Shown here: positions 24,874 to 37,712 of the stretch, in pieces
Numbering within the stretch: position 1 is the first letter of the stretch
Layout of the letters: the number at the start of each line of letters is the position of its first letter
Source: Squalus acanthias
Taxonomy: Eukaryota
NCBI GenBank assembly: GCA_030390025.1
Contig: CM059433.1
Coordinates: 28,522,001 to 28,586,000 of the forward strand
Direction: 5' to 3'
DNA length: 64,000 nt
Program-made: the position numbers and the translations under genes
The notes under the pieces: generated by a model
Told to the model about the DNA's origin: nothing
The model's database searches: none
The model's input: only the letters and a program-made list of their open reading frames with translations

Positions 24874-26148
24874 ATGCCTAAACTCAAATTTAACACTGGA
24901 GCTATACTACATCCTGGCGTGGCTGCTAAGCAAAACCTGCAGTGTTACTATTGGACCCCAGCATATCCCGAGGTAGTTTGGTAGCCAATTGCCCTCCCTC
25001 TACTCATGCTGTGGGGAAATGAGAGTGTAAACCTGTGTTATAACTCAGTCGATTGACCATTTGTGTCACCATCACCTCAAACCAAAATAGTATTCACATT
25101 AAGAACTGGAAAGCCCAATCGCGCGAGGTCAATACCTCGGTCATTTTTTTTTAATAATCAGAGTATTTTCAATTTTAGCAATGATTCCAGCTCCATTTTT
25201 ATTTTCCATTATCCCTGTATGTTCCCTTCCCAACAAGGTTACTTGACAGAAAATAAATATATTCATTTAGTCGCGAATCGTAGACCAAAAACCAACCTCT
25301 TAAAATGATTTATTTGCTGGCAGTTGGTTGTTGGCTCATTAATTTTTTTTATTTTACGAGGATTCTCTGTTCTTCTCTCCTGATTCATCAAGTCAACTGC
25401 GGGAGTAATGAACTTCATTTGTACCTTACTGTGATGCACCCATAAAATCTGGTGTATTATAATTGCACTTTGCGCAGGCTGCGCATTTTGGAAGATGTGA
25501 TTTACACACCAGTGAGCAACGATTGGAGGTCGGGCTAATCTGATTATCACCCGCTTCAGTCCAGGGAATCGTCTGTGCCAAGGTCACTAATGTCACATGC
25601 AAGTTCAGTTAGCACTAGCTCGTCCATCAAATCAACCTAGCGTTCCGGTCAAGCATTACACAGACTGCTGCACTGTCGGAAGTGCTGCCTTCCGGATGAG
25701 ACATTAAACTGAGGCCCTGTCTGCCCTCTTGGGTGGACGTAAAAGATCCCACAGCACCCTTTCCCGATCGCCGCCTTAACCATACTCCCGAACATATCTC
25801 TCCCGGTCGCCTCCCACCCGATCGTCTCCCCTTTACCTGAGGGCCACTACGGCCCGAAATGCCAAGCCTCTTCGCCTACTCATTTAAATGAGGCCTGAGG
25901 CCCAAATCTGGGTGCGGGCGCAGGGAAGGATCTAGGCCGAAGTGTTGGGTGGAGCGAAGGAAAGGGAGGCGGTTAGAGCGGGCAAAAACACAGTCAAAGG
26001 GAAGGGTCTCAAGGCGGTTTTTGAAGGCAGGGTGGAGATGGTATGAAGGAGATGATGAGGAAGGGAGGTTCGGAGTGGCGGTGCAACATAGCTGAAGGAA
26101 TGACTGCCAATGGTGGAATGGAGGTATCAGCGAATGAGAAGTAGGCTG

Positions 26149-26630
26149 GTGCAAAACTCAACTGCCCGTCTCCTAACTCGCACCAAGTCCTGTTCACCCA
26201 TCACCCCTGAGCTCGCTGACCTACATCGGCTCCCTGTCCGGCAACACCTCGATTTTAAAATTCTTGTCCTTGTGTTCAAATCCCTCCATGGCCTCACCCC
26301 TCCCTATCTCTGTAACTTTCTCCAGTCCTACAACCCTCCGAGAACTGTGCGCTCCTCCAATTCTGGCCTCTTGGGCATCCCAGATTTCCTTCACCTCACC
26401 ACTGGTGGCCGTGCCTTCAATTGCCGACGCCCTAAGCTCTTGAATTCCCTCCTTAAACCTCTCCGCCTCTCCTCCTTCAAGATGCTCCTTAAAACCAACC
26501 ACTTTGACTAAGCTTTTGGTCACCTGTCCTAATATCTCGGTGTCAAATTATGTCTGATAACATTCCTGTGAAGCGCCTGGGGGTGTTTTACTACGTTAAA
26601 GGCGCTATATAAATGCAAGTTGTTGCTGTT
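26149..26630 (+). mobile_element. L2 LINE 3' end
   Basis: QNSTARLLTRTKSCSPITPELADLHRLPV...; tail aaaggcgctatataaatgcaagttgttg. Confidence 0.88.
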
Positions 26631-28000
26631 GTGTTGGAGAACTGGAGAGTGCATGCAGGGATCTTGGGTTGGAGGTGATCATGGAGCTTGGGAAGGGACG
26701 TGGATGGATTTGAAGTTAATTCTCTGGGACACGGGAAACCAATGGAACTTGGCGAGGACTAAATGTTTCATGACTTACGGATCCAGATCCAATTCAGCTA
26801 CTCAAAGGGCCAGAGGTCTGTCCTTTTCGAGCACAGGCTAACATGAATGTTAATCTGTAACGCAAAACATCTCGGCATGCCAAAGCATTCTTTTATTTTT
26901 GCTGAAATGTTTCAGATTTGCCAGCGGCTGACAATGATTTGTAATTGCAGAGAGAACAAATGAGTCTCAACCTGTAGGTAATTCATACGTTACAAAGCCA
27001 CGAAAGGAGATTGTTTCTGTAAGCAGTTGATCTTTCCTCAGAGACGGTGCTGCAGGTCAATGCAATCCACCCACTGGAGTCCTTGGAAGATTAAAGCTCT
27101 TGTACACACCGGGGGTTGGGGGGGAGAGGTGGAGCAGCGGGGAGATAATATTCATTATCGCTGAGGGGATCTGCAATGGCTACTGCAGTGCACTCAAAAC
27201 AAAACAAAGCATGATAATGAAGAGGCCTCATTGCAGCCAACAGAAATAGCCTGTTGCCGTGTAATTTATGTCAGCCCCGTTCCTGCTCTTGGCTTTTTGA
27301 TGTCTCGAAGCCTCAATAGGCCCGGCTTTAATCCCTACATGTGTAACTTCAGCTGTAGTTCTTAGTACAACACAAAACGGTACATGAAAAAAGAGAATGA
27401 CAAAAATTCAGTCCTTGGATCATTAAGTCCTGCGGGACTAACAGCAATGATAGAGAGATTGCTGAACAAGGGCAAGCAGTCTCTTCTACGTTAACCACAG
27501 ATTCTAGATAAGAAAGCTGCACAGCCACAATCCCTGATAATGCTCTCCCAGATTACAATTAATAAAATTGCAGCTTTTAACCTCCCTCCCCCCCCCACAA
27601 CACTAACTTTCTAGCAACAGTCCTGTCTGAGGCCTCTTTCGCAAAATCCGATTGCGCATGACTGTGCTGTGGGCAGTTCCTTCACAGCGCTTGGCAGCCT
27701 AGCCAGGGGTCCTTAAAGGGTAAGCTTGAACCTTTTCACTCCCCTGTGGAAGTGCGACAGGCTAGTTGGAGGAGAACAGGAAGAAGACGTGTCCATGCAG
27801 CTACCAACCAACCTTGCTCCCTCCTGGGATCTCTACGATATCTTGATTCCCTTTTTCTCTCCAGTTTTTTCTCCCCGGCCCTTTCCTCCCAGCTCCTGAA
27901 GGCATTGACTCTTTGCTGGAGCACAGGTGCCAGGCACGTTCCTTCCCCTCCCACCTCCCCATTCCACATCCATGGGGCCATTGTTCACGTGCGAGTTCCA

Positions 28001-28453
28001 TAGGTTTGCCAATCCTGGATTGACCTGGAGTCTCCTGGAATTAGAGGACCATGTCCTGGGCAGTTCTGCGAGCAAACCGGGCTGAAAAATAATAGGGACA
28101 ATAAAAATAAATTGCAATTTGTTTTGTTTATAAGTCATAGTTTGTTTTATACGTATCATTTTTGGGATGCGGGCAACACTGGCAAGGCCAGCATTTATTG
28201 CCCATCCCTAATTGGCCTTGAGAAGGTGGCGGTGAGCCACCTTCTTGAACCGCTGCAGTCCATGTAGTGAAGGTGCTCCTGCAGCGTTGTTAGGTAAGAA
28301 GTTGCAGGATTTTGTCACAGTGACAATGAAGGAACGGCAATATATGTAGAAGGAGATGAGGTAAAAAGGCTGTTTGTCTGGGCGGGGTGGTTGGAGATGG
28401 GATTTCATGTGACAAAACCGGCAGGTGTATGTCCAACCAGAGTTGGCACCCTA
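28001..28453. mobile_element. Non-autonomous hAT-like DNA element containing a LINE 3' fragment (about 28158-28345)
   Basis: Ends TAGGTTTGCCAA / TTGGCACCCTA (TAGGGTTGCCA-type TIR); a related copy lies at 50320-50685; the 8-bp flanks match only 5/8. Confidence 0.55.
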
Positions 28454-28897
28454 CAGCTCGACAGAATGAAAAATAATAACACGTCATCAAATTACTTTGT
28501 GTTGACGCTTCAAGAGACTTTAATGAAAACACTGACATTCAGACCAAAAAATGCAAACGTGACTAAATAGAATTAGGGAACAGCTATTCACCTGCAAATA
28601 AATGCGGATTGTAGCTCTCCGAGTTCTTTCTGGGCATTATCTTGGGACCTAACACTGCAAAATTGCCGTGACAATCTTCAATGGGGAAGGGTTATGCACC
28701 AAAACAGCACACACCGTGAGTACTCGCAGTCTCTTTGAATTCTGTAGAATCAGGACCACTTAGGACACATTAGTAAACCCAATTTCTGAAAAGAATCTGG
28801 GATCTATGAGAGCATGTGAACCACAATGTAACATTGTTTAAACAATGGGGTTGATTTTGAGTCTCTTTCGCCTGGTGTTAATGGGGAAGTAATGGCC

Positions 28898-29333
28898 TCA
28901 TAGGGACAGGAGGAGGCCATTCAGCCCCTCGAGCCTGTTCTGCCATTCAACGAGATCATGGCTGATCTGCATCTTAACTCCATTTACCCGCTTTGGTTCT
29001 GTAACCCTTAATACCCTTGCTGAACATAAATTTAGCGATTCCAGTTTTGAAATTTTTAATTGACTCCCACCCTCAACAGCTTTTTGGAGGAGGGAGTTCC
29101 AGATCTCCACTACCCTTTGTGTGAAGAAGTGCTTCCTGACATTATCCATGAACGGCCTAACTCTAATTTTAAGGTTATGCCTCCTTGTTCCGGACTCCCC
29201 CACCAGAGGAAATAGATTTTCTCGATCTACCTTATCAAATCCGTTAATCATCTTACACACCTCAATTAGATCATCCCTTAATCTTCTATACTCGAGGGAA
29301 TACAAGCCTAGTCTATGCAACCTGTCTATGTAA
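28898..29333 (-). mobile_element. CR1 LINE 3' end
   Basis: DRLHRLGLYSLEYRRLRDDLIEV...KHFFTQRVVEIWNSL. Confidence 0.88.
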
Positions 29334-29699
29334 CCTGTCATAATTAATGTTTAGCCTCAAAATGGGGTTGGCGATATGGCCGGTTCTATTTTGAAAGGGG
29401 TCTTCTGCTGGGTGTCCGATTCAAGCGATAGGCCCCTTTTTATATAGGAATCAGGACCCTATGACATAAATATGACAACAAACGCCATTTTAGGTAGGAA
29501 CTAGTCAGAGCCTGCACAGTGAACACTCTGATCAGTTCCACGGGTGATGGAAGTAAAGAGGCCCTCCAAAGGTAAGTCTTGAATTATTTCTGTGGGCCCT
29601 TGGGAGCAGGAGTTATTAAGTCCTGCTGTAGGCTAGCGTGAGCTGCTTCGTTATTGGACGAATTCTGAATGGAGCTGATCCCTGCGGAATCCTCACAGA

Positions 29700-30745
29700 A
29701 CAGCCCTGTGCAGGCCTTTTATGGAGGGAAGGTCATTGATGAAGCAGCTGAAGATGGTTGGGCCTAGGATGCTTCCCTGAGGAACTCCAGCAGTGATGTC
29801 TTGGGACTGCGATGATTGGCTTTTGACAATTATTGGCACCTGCCCTTGTATCAGGCATGACTCCAGCTACTGGAGGGTTTTCCTTATGACCCCTCCTCCA
29901 GCCCATTGACCTCGGTCTTGCTAGGGCTCCTTTGCATCTTACTTGGTCAGCCAGTGGCTCAGTTGGTAGCACTCTCACCTCTGAATCAGAAGGTTGTGGG
30001 TGCAAGTCCCACTCCAGAGACTTGAGCACAAAAATCTAGGCTGACACTCCAGTGCAGTGCTGAGGGAGTGCTGCACTGTCGGAGGTGCCGTCTTTCGGAT
30101 GAGACGTTAAACCCGAGGCCTGGTCTGCTCTCTCAGGTTGATGTAAAAGATCCCATGGCACTATTTCAAAGAAGAGCTGGGGAGTTATCCTGGTGTCCTG
30201 GCCAAATTTATCCCTCAATCAACATAACAAAAACAGATTATCTGGTCATTATCACATTGCTGTTTGTGGGAGCTTGCTGTGCAAATTGTCTGCCGCGTTT
30301 CCTACATTACAACAGTGACTACACTTCAAAAGTACTTCATTGGCTGCATTGCGTTTTGGGACGGCCTGAGGTCATGAAAGGCGCCATATAAATGCAAGTC
30401 TTTCTTTTTGCTTTCTGGTCAAATGCTGCCGTGTTGTCAAGGGCAGTTACTCTAACCCCATCTCTGGCATTCAGCTCTTGCATCCATGTCTAGATCAAGG
30501 ATGTAATGAGGTCTGGATCCAAGTGGTTCTGGCAGATCCCAAACTGAGCAGGTTTTTGGTGAGTAGGTGTCGGTTGATGTTTGGGAAGAGGTTGGGAGAT
30601 AATCGGTTGGGTTTATCTTGTGTTTTACGGATAGGGCAATAACTGGGCAATATTCCACATTGATGGGTAGCTGTCAGTGTCATTGCTGTACTGGATCACC
30701 TTGGCTAGGGGAGTGGCCAGCTCTGGTGCACAGGTCTTCAGTATG
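29700..30745 (-). mobile_element. Degenerate LINE ORF2 fragment split by the SINE at 29947-30410
   Basis: LINE-like sequence continues across the SINE with TGGTCA repeated at both junctions; family assignment is tentative. Confidence 0.5.
29947..30410 (+). mobile_element. DeuSINE (SacSINE1-like), full length
   Basis: A box TGGCTCAGTTGG, B-box-like GGTGCAAGTCCC, Deu core gtgctgcactgtcggaggtgccgtctttcggatgagacgttaaac, L2-type tail. Confidence 0.9.
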
Positions 30746-31133
30746 TGTAGCAAGTCTATTGCTGTACCTGCTCAGATTTCTGGGTGGTTCCTCTTGAATG
30801 TTTCGTTGACGCAAATTACATCTTCAAATGAGGTGAGTATTTGCTATTGGCACGCCCTACATATCGTCATGTTTTCATGGGCAAACATCAAGTAACATTA
30901 ACTAGATTTTACAAAGTAAGCAGTAATTACATTACAGCTTCTATATAATTGCGGATTGAAACCATTAGCCCAATAAATGGGTGAATTGCAAAATGCAAAG
31001 AAGGTGCTGGCTTTCATTGGTTGGGGAATAGATTATTGATCAAGAGTATGTGAATTGTTGTATACAGTATTGGTCGACATACTCTCTCAATTGCCCTTGA
31101 CAGAGTGTAATATAGAGCAACAAAGATGTTTCC

Positions 31134-31280
31134 GGGGGGTCATTTTAACCGAACCCCTCCCCCACCCCCGCCACCCTCACGGGAAACTGATGGGATCAGA
31201 TCGGCCGTTTTACATCCAGCCCAGTTTTACTATGTATTGACTTCAATGGGGTGCGGTGGGGGGGAGGTTAAAATTCCCCT
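31134..31280. mobile_element. Small MITE of about 150 bp
   Basis: Termini GGGGTCATTTTAACC / GGTTAAAATTCCCC. Confidence 0.5.
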
Positions 31281-32315
31281 CAGTATCCGGGATCTTCATC
31301 AGTTACAGCAGGATTCATGGTGCCAAGTTGAGTGGAAACCTGAGCAGGTTTCCCATTGTGCACCTTGCTGTCCCGTCAATAGTTGTGAACCGGTCCCTGA
31401 GTTGGGTTAGTGGTGGTGTTAATCTGTTCGAATATCTCCTTCTTTGGATCAGGGTCCATTTTTTTCTGACTATGCCTCTGGGAAGTGCCTTGGGATTGTT
31501 TTTCTGCCTTAAAGGCACTATGTAAATGCAAGTTTAAAAAAATCCATTCTTGGAATGTGGACGTTGCTGGCAAGGCCTGCATTTATTGCCCATCCGTAGT
31601 TAAGAAAGTGGTGGTCAGCCTTCTTCTTGAACTGCTGCAGTCCATGTGCCGAAGGTGCTCCCACAGTGGTTTGGTAGGGAGATCCAGGATTCTGACTCAT
31701 CGATGATGAAGGAATATATGTCTAAGCTGGGATGGTGTGTGACTTGGAGGAGAACTTGGAGTTCAGGGTGTTCCCATGCGCCTTGACCTTGATGTTGTTG
31801 TTTTCTGTCGATGGCTTGTCTCCACTGAGTCACTTGTGATTTCCTTTTACCATTGCAGATTTTCTTAGCAGTTCACTGTGCAGGCAGCTTGATCATCATT
31901 TCCCTTTTTAGCTTTAACTTTTCTAGTAATGGTTTAATTATTTCTCTTCAAAGTTACTTCAGCTGATTTGGAACATTCCCAAGTGTCGCAGACAGGTCTC
32001 AATTTATGAAGTGCTGTTCTTTATCTGTTAGCTGGTGTGTTGGTGTTTCGTTTAATTAATTCTTTGTGAGCCAAAGCTAGTTGAAATCTTGGATCTCTTA
32101 AACTGTGAATATTGTAAACATACTGGCTCATGTGTATTGGTGAAGAGAGACTCGAGATGTGAGTTATAATTGATGTAATCTTAAGGCATCAATTGAAGAA
32201 ATAGGCAAATGGGAAAAGGAACAACGTGTATTTATATAGCCCCTTTAACGTCCCAAGGTGCTTCACAGCAGCGTTCTCAGACACAAATTGACACTGAGCC
32301 ACATAAGGAGATAAT

Positions 32316-33848
32316 GGCCTGGAATTTGTGGTCAGCAGTGAAGCGAAGGTGTTCACTGCTGGCCCCAAAGTACGCTCCGCACAATCCCTGTGTCAAGAAC
32401 TTTGGGTTTTCTGACCTTCAATTCAAATCAACGAACTGTAGTGGGGATTCCCTTGTGCAAACTGCTGTGATGTCAACAAGCTGTCTAAGCAGCCAATCAA
32501 AAGGCAGAATTTTCACAGACAGCGAACAAGGAAGTGAGTAAGCTCTTAAAATTCAGAGGGGGAAAAATTGAGTCGTGCCCCCTTTGGGGCGCTAACTTCG
32601 CCAGGACGCTACTTTTAGCGCCCCGGAAAAATTCACACCCCCGCGGCTGAAATTGAGTGGCAGCGCCCCAAGAGGGAAGCGGGGCACTACTGGAAGCGCC
32701 TCGCCTCCATCTTGGGGCGCTGCAAGGGAATATCACGACGTTATGGCGCTGCGGCATGTCGGGCCGCGGTATTGCAGGCCTTCCTCCCCTTCTTAAAGGG
32801 GAGGGGCTTTGTGCAGCGCGACCCAGGGCCCAGCTGGGCCACCGGGGATCGGAGTGCCGGCAAAAGAGCCCGGCACTCAAAAGAAGTACCAGGCTCATGG
32901 AGCGCAGCCAGCACTCCGCGGGGGGGGGAGGGGGGGGCGCGGGTCAGGAGGCCGGGGACGGCAGCGGAGGCAGGTGCTGGCAGGCAGCCAGCAACAAAAA
33001 TGGCCGCCCAGCACCTCGCCTTTAAATAGCGCCACCCCGGCTGCAGGTAGGCCCCCCTGACCCCGTCGGACATAGTGTCCGGCAGTAAGTCGGGGGTGCT
33101 ACCGAAGATCGCGGCCGGGGCACGTGCAGGGCGCTGCGCACGGCGATGAAGTCATTGCCGGCGGCGCAGTGCCGCGGGGCGCTAACGGTTATCGCCGCCG
33201 CTAACCTCCCGCTGAATTTTGCGGGAGGCGTTGGCGACGCCGCGCCCAAGCGCTAGTTGCTTTGCGCCCCGTTAGCGCCCTCTAAGCAACGGAATTTTTC
33301 CCCCTAACTTTTTAAAATAGTTAGAGAGAGCAAAAGAAAGTTTAGGGCTCTCACATGGGGAAAAGGCAAACCTGAAATAAAGATGGGCAAACTTAAAAAA
33401 AAATGTTTTTACATTTTTTTTGAAAGGTTTCTTAATTATTTTAATTTATATTAAAATGGACAAATTTCACACTGCACAAAATTTAAATTAGTTTCCCATG
33501 CCCTTAACACTTGTTTAGCAGTAATAACGCTGTCAAAATCGCAGTTACACCTAATTCCTTTAGGTCTAACTTTTAGTGGGGAATTTAACAGCGTAATTAC
33601 TGTGGAAGAGCCGAAGCTTTCATCAGTTTCAATGATTTGGCTGATTACACAGATTGCTGGCTCTATGGTGGGGGGGTGGGGGGCGCCACAGCACAGCCTG
33701 TTTTGGAGCTGTCAATGACTGACTGCAACTTCGGGATTCCCGCATGTGCCTGCACATGCACCAAATCCCGAAGTTGTGGTCAGTTTCAAAGGCGGAATGA
33801 CGCCGAACGCTGCCAGTTCGCCGTCATCCTGACCGCCTTTTCTGGGCC
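32316..33848. mobile_element. Harbinger-type MITE inserted in an L2 3' end and itself hosting a second MITE
   Basis: Ends GGCCTGGAATTTGTGGTCAG / CTGACCGCCTTTTCTGGGCC; flanks AAT/ATT; the L2 sequence gagccacataaggagata...attaggacaagtga is contiguous across it. Confidence 0.75.
32558..33304. mobile_element. GC-rich Harbinger-type MITE (nested)
   Basis: Perfect 12-bp TIR GGGGGAAAAATT / AATTTTTCCCCC. Confidence 0.8.
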
Positions 33849-34176
33849 ATTAGGACAAGTGATCAAAAACTTGGTCAAAGAGGTGGGTTTTAAGGAGCGT
33901 CTGAAAGGAGGAGAGAGAGGCGGAGAGGTTTAGGGATGGAATTGCAGAGCTTGGGGCGAGGCAGCTGAAGGCACGGCTGCCAATGGTAGGGTGAAGGAAG
34001 TGGGGGATGGACAAGAGGCCAGAATTGTAACAAACAAATGTAAAAACAATAGTAAAAAAGGTTAGAGAGAGAGAAAACCATTTTCTTGATTAATCCTACC
34101 ACAAAATGGGCGATAGCGAATTGACTGCCTGCTTTACAACCCGTTCGATTTTCCAACACAAAACAGCTGATTAGGG

Positions 34177-34617
34177 TCATAATTTTAAGTTGTACAAGGC
34201 CAGATCTAGGTTAGATGTCAGGAGGATGTTCTTCTCCCAGAGAATAGTGGACCTCTGGAACAGGCTGCCAGCTTGTGCGCTGGATGCTGATTCGCTGAAT
34301 TCCTTCAAGCGAGAGCTGGACCTGTTTCTGGCTGGGGCAGAAATCACCTCTTAAAAAAGGTAGGCACTGCAGGGAATTCAGGGTCAGAGTGATCTGCTGG
34401 ACTAGTTTCAATCGCCTGGATGGGTCAGAGAGGAATTTCCCAAATTTTTTTCTCCAAATTGGCCTGGGTTTTTATCTGGTTTTTCCCCTCTCCCAGGAGA
34501 TCGCACAGTTTCGTGTGGGGAGGAGTGTGTATGTATTGTGGCGTATCACAATTGTGTGGGACAGGCTGGATGGACCAGAGGGTCTTTACCTGTCCGTCAT
34601 TATTCGTATGTTCGTAC
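34177..34617 (+). mobile_element. CR1-type LINE 3' end (distinct subfamily)
   Basis: GHNFKLYKARSRLDVRRMFFSQRIVDLWNRLP...; tail ttcgtatgttcgta. Confidence 0.75.
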
Positions 34618-35364
34618 AGCAAATCGACAGCCTATCCCAATGTTTTGTTCCTGTTTGAATTCAATGGGTAACAATATTGCCCAGACTAATTTCATCCCGT
34701 AAAACTAAAAAAAATTGTTCAAGTAATCAATTCCTCGCAGGCCAGAAAATTCAGTCCTGATTTGGATTTAATATTTCTCACGCAATTTTGTAATATCTCT
34801 GACCACATTATTGGAATTAAGTTACTAAATATTAGACTAAATTATTATTTCAGATTAAATGATGTTAATATTAAAGTATGCTAAGTTGTATACAGTCCCC
34901 TGGGCCAAATCGGTTCTGTTGTGAATGATGTGATTTCATCTCATAAAGTAATATAAATATATATATATATAATAAACTCATTTAGTTGTGATAGCCAGCA
35001 GGTCCTATCCTGTTTGTACGTGATGAAACACCAGCCAATGTGAAAGCACAAGTCTTCCTTATGTGTTTATCAGGTCAAATCACTGCCTCAGTGCCAAACA
35101 GATTGCTGAACACTGTTAGCAATAACAACACAGTCTGCTTGGGTGCAAAAATAGGATGGTATCCAAGCAATCTGAGTTAAAGTCGCAGATGTTAATTTAC
35201 ATGTCTACAAGTCAAGAGCATTCATTTTGCCAATTCATTGAATGTTTTTGTAACTAGTTGATCTTCCTTGGTGTTGCTCACGAATCCAAGTGTTTAGACT
35301 CTCCTCGCTGCTGGTGAATGATGTCCAGTGTACTGTGAGTAGATATGGGGTCTTTGTGTTTTAC

Positions 35365-35826
35365 CTGAGAGGTTATAACTATCAGGAAAGGCGGAATAGG
35401 CTGGGGCTCTTTTCTCTAGAAAAGAGAAGTCTGAGGGGTGACCTGATAGAGGTCTTTAAGATTATAAAAGGGTTTGATAAGGTAGATGTAGAGAAGATGT
35501 TTCCACTTGTGGGGGAGACCAAAACTAGGGGCCATAAGTATAAGATAATCACTAATAAATCCAATAGGGAATTCAGGAGAAACATCTTTACTCAGAGAGT
35601 GGTGAGAATGTGGAACTCGCTACCACAAGGAGTAGTTGAGGCGAATAACATAGATGCATTTAAGGGGAAGCTAGATAAATGCATGAGGGAGAAAGGAATA
35701 GAAGGATATGCTGATAGGATTAGATAAATAGGGTGGGAGGAGGCTCGTGTGGAGCATGAACACCGGCACAGACCAGTTGGGCTGAATGGCCTGTTTCTGT
35801 GCTGTTAATTCTATGTAATTCTATAT
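35365..35826 (+). mobile_element. CR1 LINE 3' end
   Basis: LRGDLIEVFKII...TRGHKYKI...FTQRVVRMWNSLP; tail attctatgtaattctat. Confidence 0.9.
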
Positions 35827-36082
35827 TCCTTCTTATTCCCTCTGCCTGTAATCTTTTCCGTCTGTCTCTCTCTCTCATGCTTTTATTTAAGTTCATAATT
35901 CTTCCTCACTGAAGAAAACAACTCAAGCTAGGAGCGTGTTGCAGTTGCAGCAGAATTAGCACTTGGTTTAAGGACTTCTTTTGGCCAGAGTCGTATCCTG
36001 TTTTGCTTTCCATTTTTTTCCCCTCAACCACACGATTGATGAAATAATTAAAGTCGAGAACTAAACTGGAGCTGTGCCACGT

Positions 36083-36159
36083 TCCTGACTTTATTTAATT
36101 TCTTTAGTGAACTCCTGACTTTATTTATTTTCTTTAGTGAACTCCTGACTTTATTTAAT
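36083..36159. repeat. 30-bp tandem repeat, about 2.6 copies
   Basis: TCCTGACTTTATTTA(A/T)TTTCTTTAGTGAAC at 36083, 36113 and 36143. Confidence 0.9.
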
Positions 36160-36435
36160 CCTTTCCTTCAGCAAATAACCCGAAATAGGAGCGAAATCCA
36201 ACACAGCAGCTTTGTGTGGTTTGGTGAGGGTGTGATTTGTCCCTGGTGTCATGCGGTTAATATGAACCAGTCAAGGTTTTCAGCCGTGGCTCAGTGGATA
36301 GCACTCTCGGCTGCTGAGTCAGAAGGTTGTGGGTTCAAGTCCCACTCCAGAGACTCGAGTGCAAGATCTAGACTGACACTCCCAATGCAGAACTGAGGGA
36401 GTGCTGCACTGTTGGAGGTGCCTGCCGAGAAATTT

Positions 36436-37400
36436 GTTGCACCAAAGTTCTCCATTGCAGCACTGGAGGCCTTGGTACAGGAGGAGAGATGTCCTCTTTT
36501 CATAGGGGGCCAGGAGGCCCTCCAGGCAACAGAGCCAAGTACAGTGGGAGAAGATAGCCACTGTGGTGAATTCCAGAGGACATGGATGCAGTTCAGGAAA
36601 TAGTTTAATGATCTCACACGAGTGGTCAAGGTCATTGAATTCATCTTCAAATGCCATATCCCACAAACTGCACCACTAACCTCACACACACTGCTCAATG
36701 CACCACACCCCCATCACTCACCTACCAACAATCTCTATCAATCACAACTCGTACCTCACATTCACATGCTCCACCTCACCCTCACATACTTAACACTGCT
36801 ACAAGCCTCACACCCACTTCTTACAGATTGAGCACACTGTTAACTATTCAACCATGACAGGCATATCATCCAAACACATTACACCACACCCACTGACACA
36901 CTTCCCTTTCTCGTACAGGAAAAGGTGGCGCATAACTGGCACCAGCAGAACCTAACTGGCGGGGGCCAGGCTCGCCTGCATCACCTCACCCCCATGGAGA
37001 AGACGGTGCTGACCATTCTTGGGATGGGCATGGCTTAGCCCATGGCCAGTGGCAGGGCTGAAAGAGTACAAGATGCTGGTATCTTCATACGTTATCCTAC
37101 TTCTCCCTCATCCCACAATCTCTACTGATTTACAAGCTGCACATGGTATAAGCATGCACCTCTTGCTTTCCCCCCTCCACTCACCACAACCCTACCTTTG
37201 TGCCTTTCTCCTTTCAGAGACCCAAGAAATCCAACCTGCCCAGCCAGTGGTTGTAGAAGAAGAGGGAGAGGAGAGTGATGAAGAAAAAACACTGTGACAG
37301 TCGCAGCCACCAGCTCAGATACTGGCAATCGTCGGAGTTTAGAGGGTAGCTTAGAGGCAGGATCTGCATGTGGTAAGTTACCGGGCACGAGTGGGCTGCA
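36436..37400 (+). pseudogene. Harbinger Myb/SANT-like DNA-binding protein gene remnant (3 exons)
   Basis: APKFSIAALEALVQE...RTWMQFRK*FNDLTRVVK; intron 36631-36918; EKVAHNWHQQNLTGGGQARLHHLTPMEKTVLTILG; intron 37079-37217; then an acidic exon. Confidence 0.8.
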
Positions 37401-37406
37401 GCCAGG

Positions 37407-37712
37407 GCACCTTCACAACCATTGACAGTGCCGTCCTTGCCCTGGTGTGAGGCTGCAGGTCTGGTGCTAGAAGTGGCAGAGTTCTCTGAGCACCTCCTTC
37501 GTAAAGTGCAGACACCTCACACACAACTCCTGGCTCAGGTTGAGGTAAGAGAATTCCTCTCGGAAGACCCTAGGTGGGTAAGGCCTCCTACTGACAGCCC
37601 TTCTCCCCCTCCTCCTCCTCCCTCTGCGAGCAGCTTGTCCTCTTCTTTGCTGCCTCTACTCCATCTTCCTGTCATGCTGCAGGCCAAGGTGGATGACAAC
37701 TAGAGCCCCCAT
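37407..37712 (-). pseudogene. HARBI1-like Harbinger transposase N-terminal remnant
   Basis: My translation: MGALV...RRPYPPRVFREEFSYLNLSQELCVRCLHFTKEVLRELCH/LAPDLQPHTRARTALSMVVKV, with one stop and one frameshift. The DDE domain is deleted. Confidence 0.8.

Noticed and set aside
26880..27560. Repeat-free stretch that might be a conserved enhancer
   Set aside because: Cannot be supported without cross-species alignment.
29947..30025. tRNA genes at SINE heads
   Set aside because: Each A/B-box region continues into the SINE core and tail and lacks a complete cloverleaf and Pol III terminator.
30776..30838. Possible 57-nt + strand exon with GAG|GTGAGT donor
   Set aside because: Weak acceptor next to a LINE fragment, unrecognised peptide and no partner exons.
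32558..33304. CpG-island promoter (also 21841-22311 and 59313-59826)
   Set aside because: The CpG-rich sequence is bounded by TIRs and repeated three times in the window, so it is MITE-derived.
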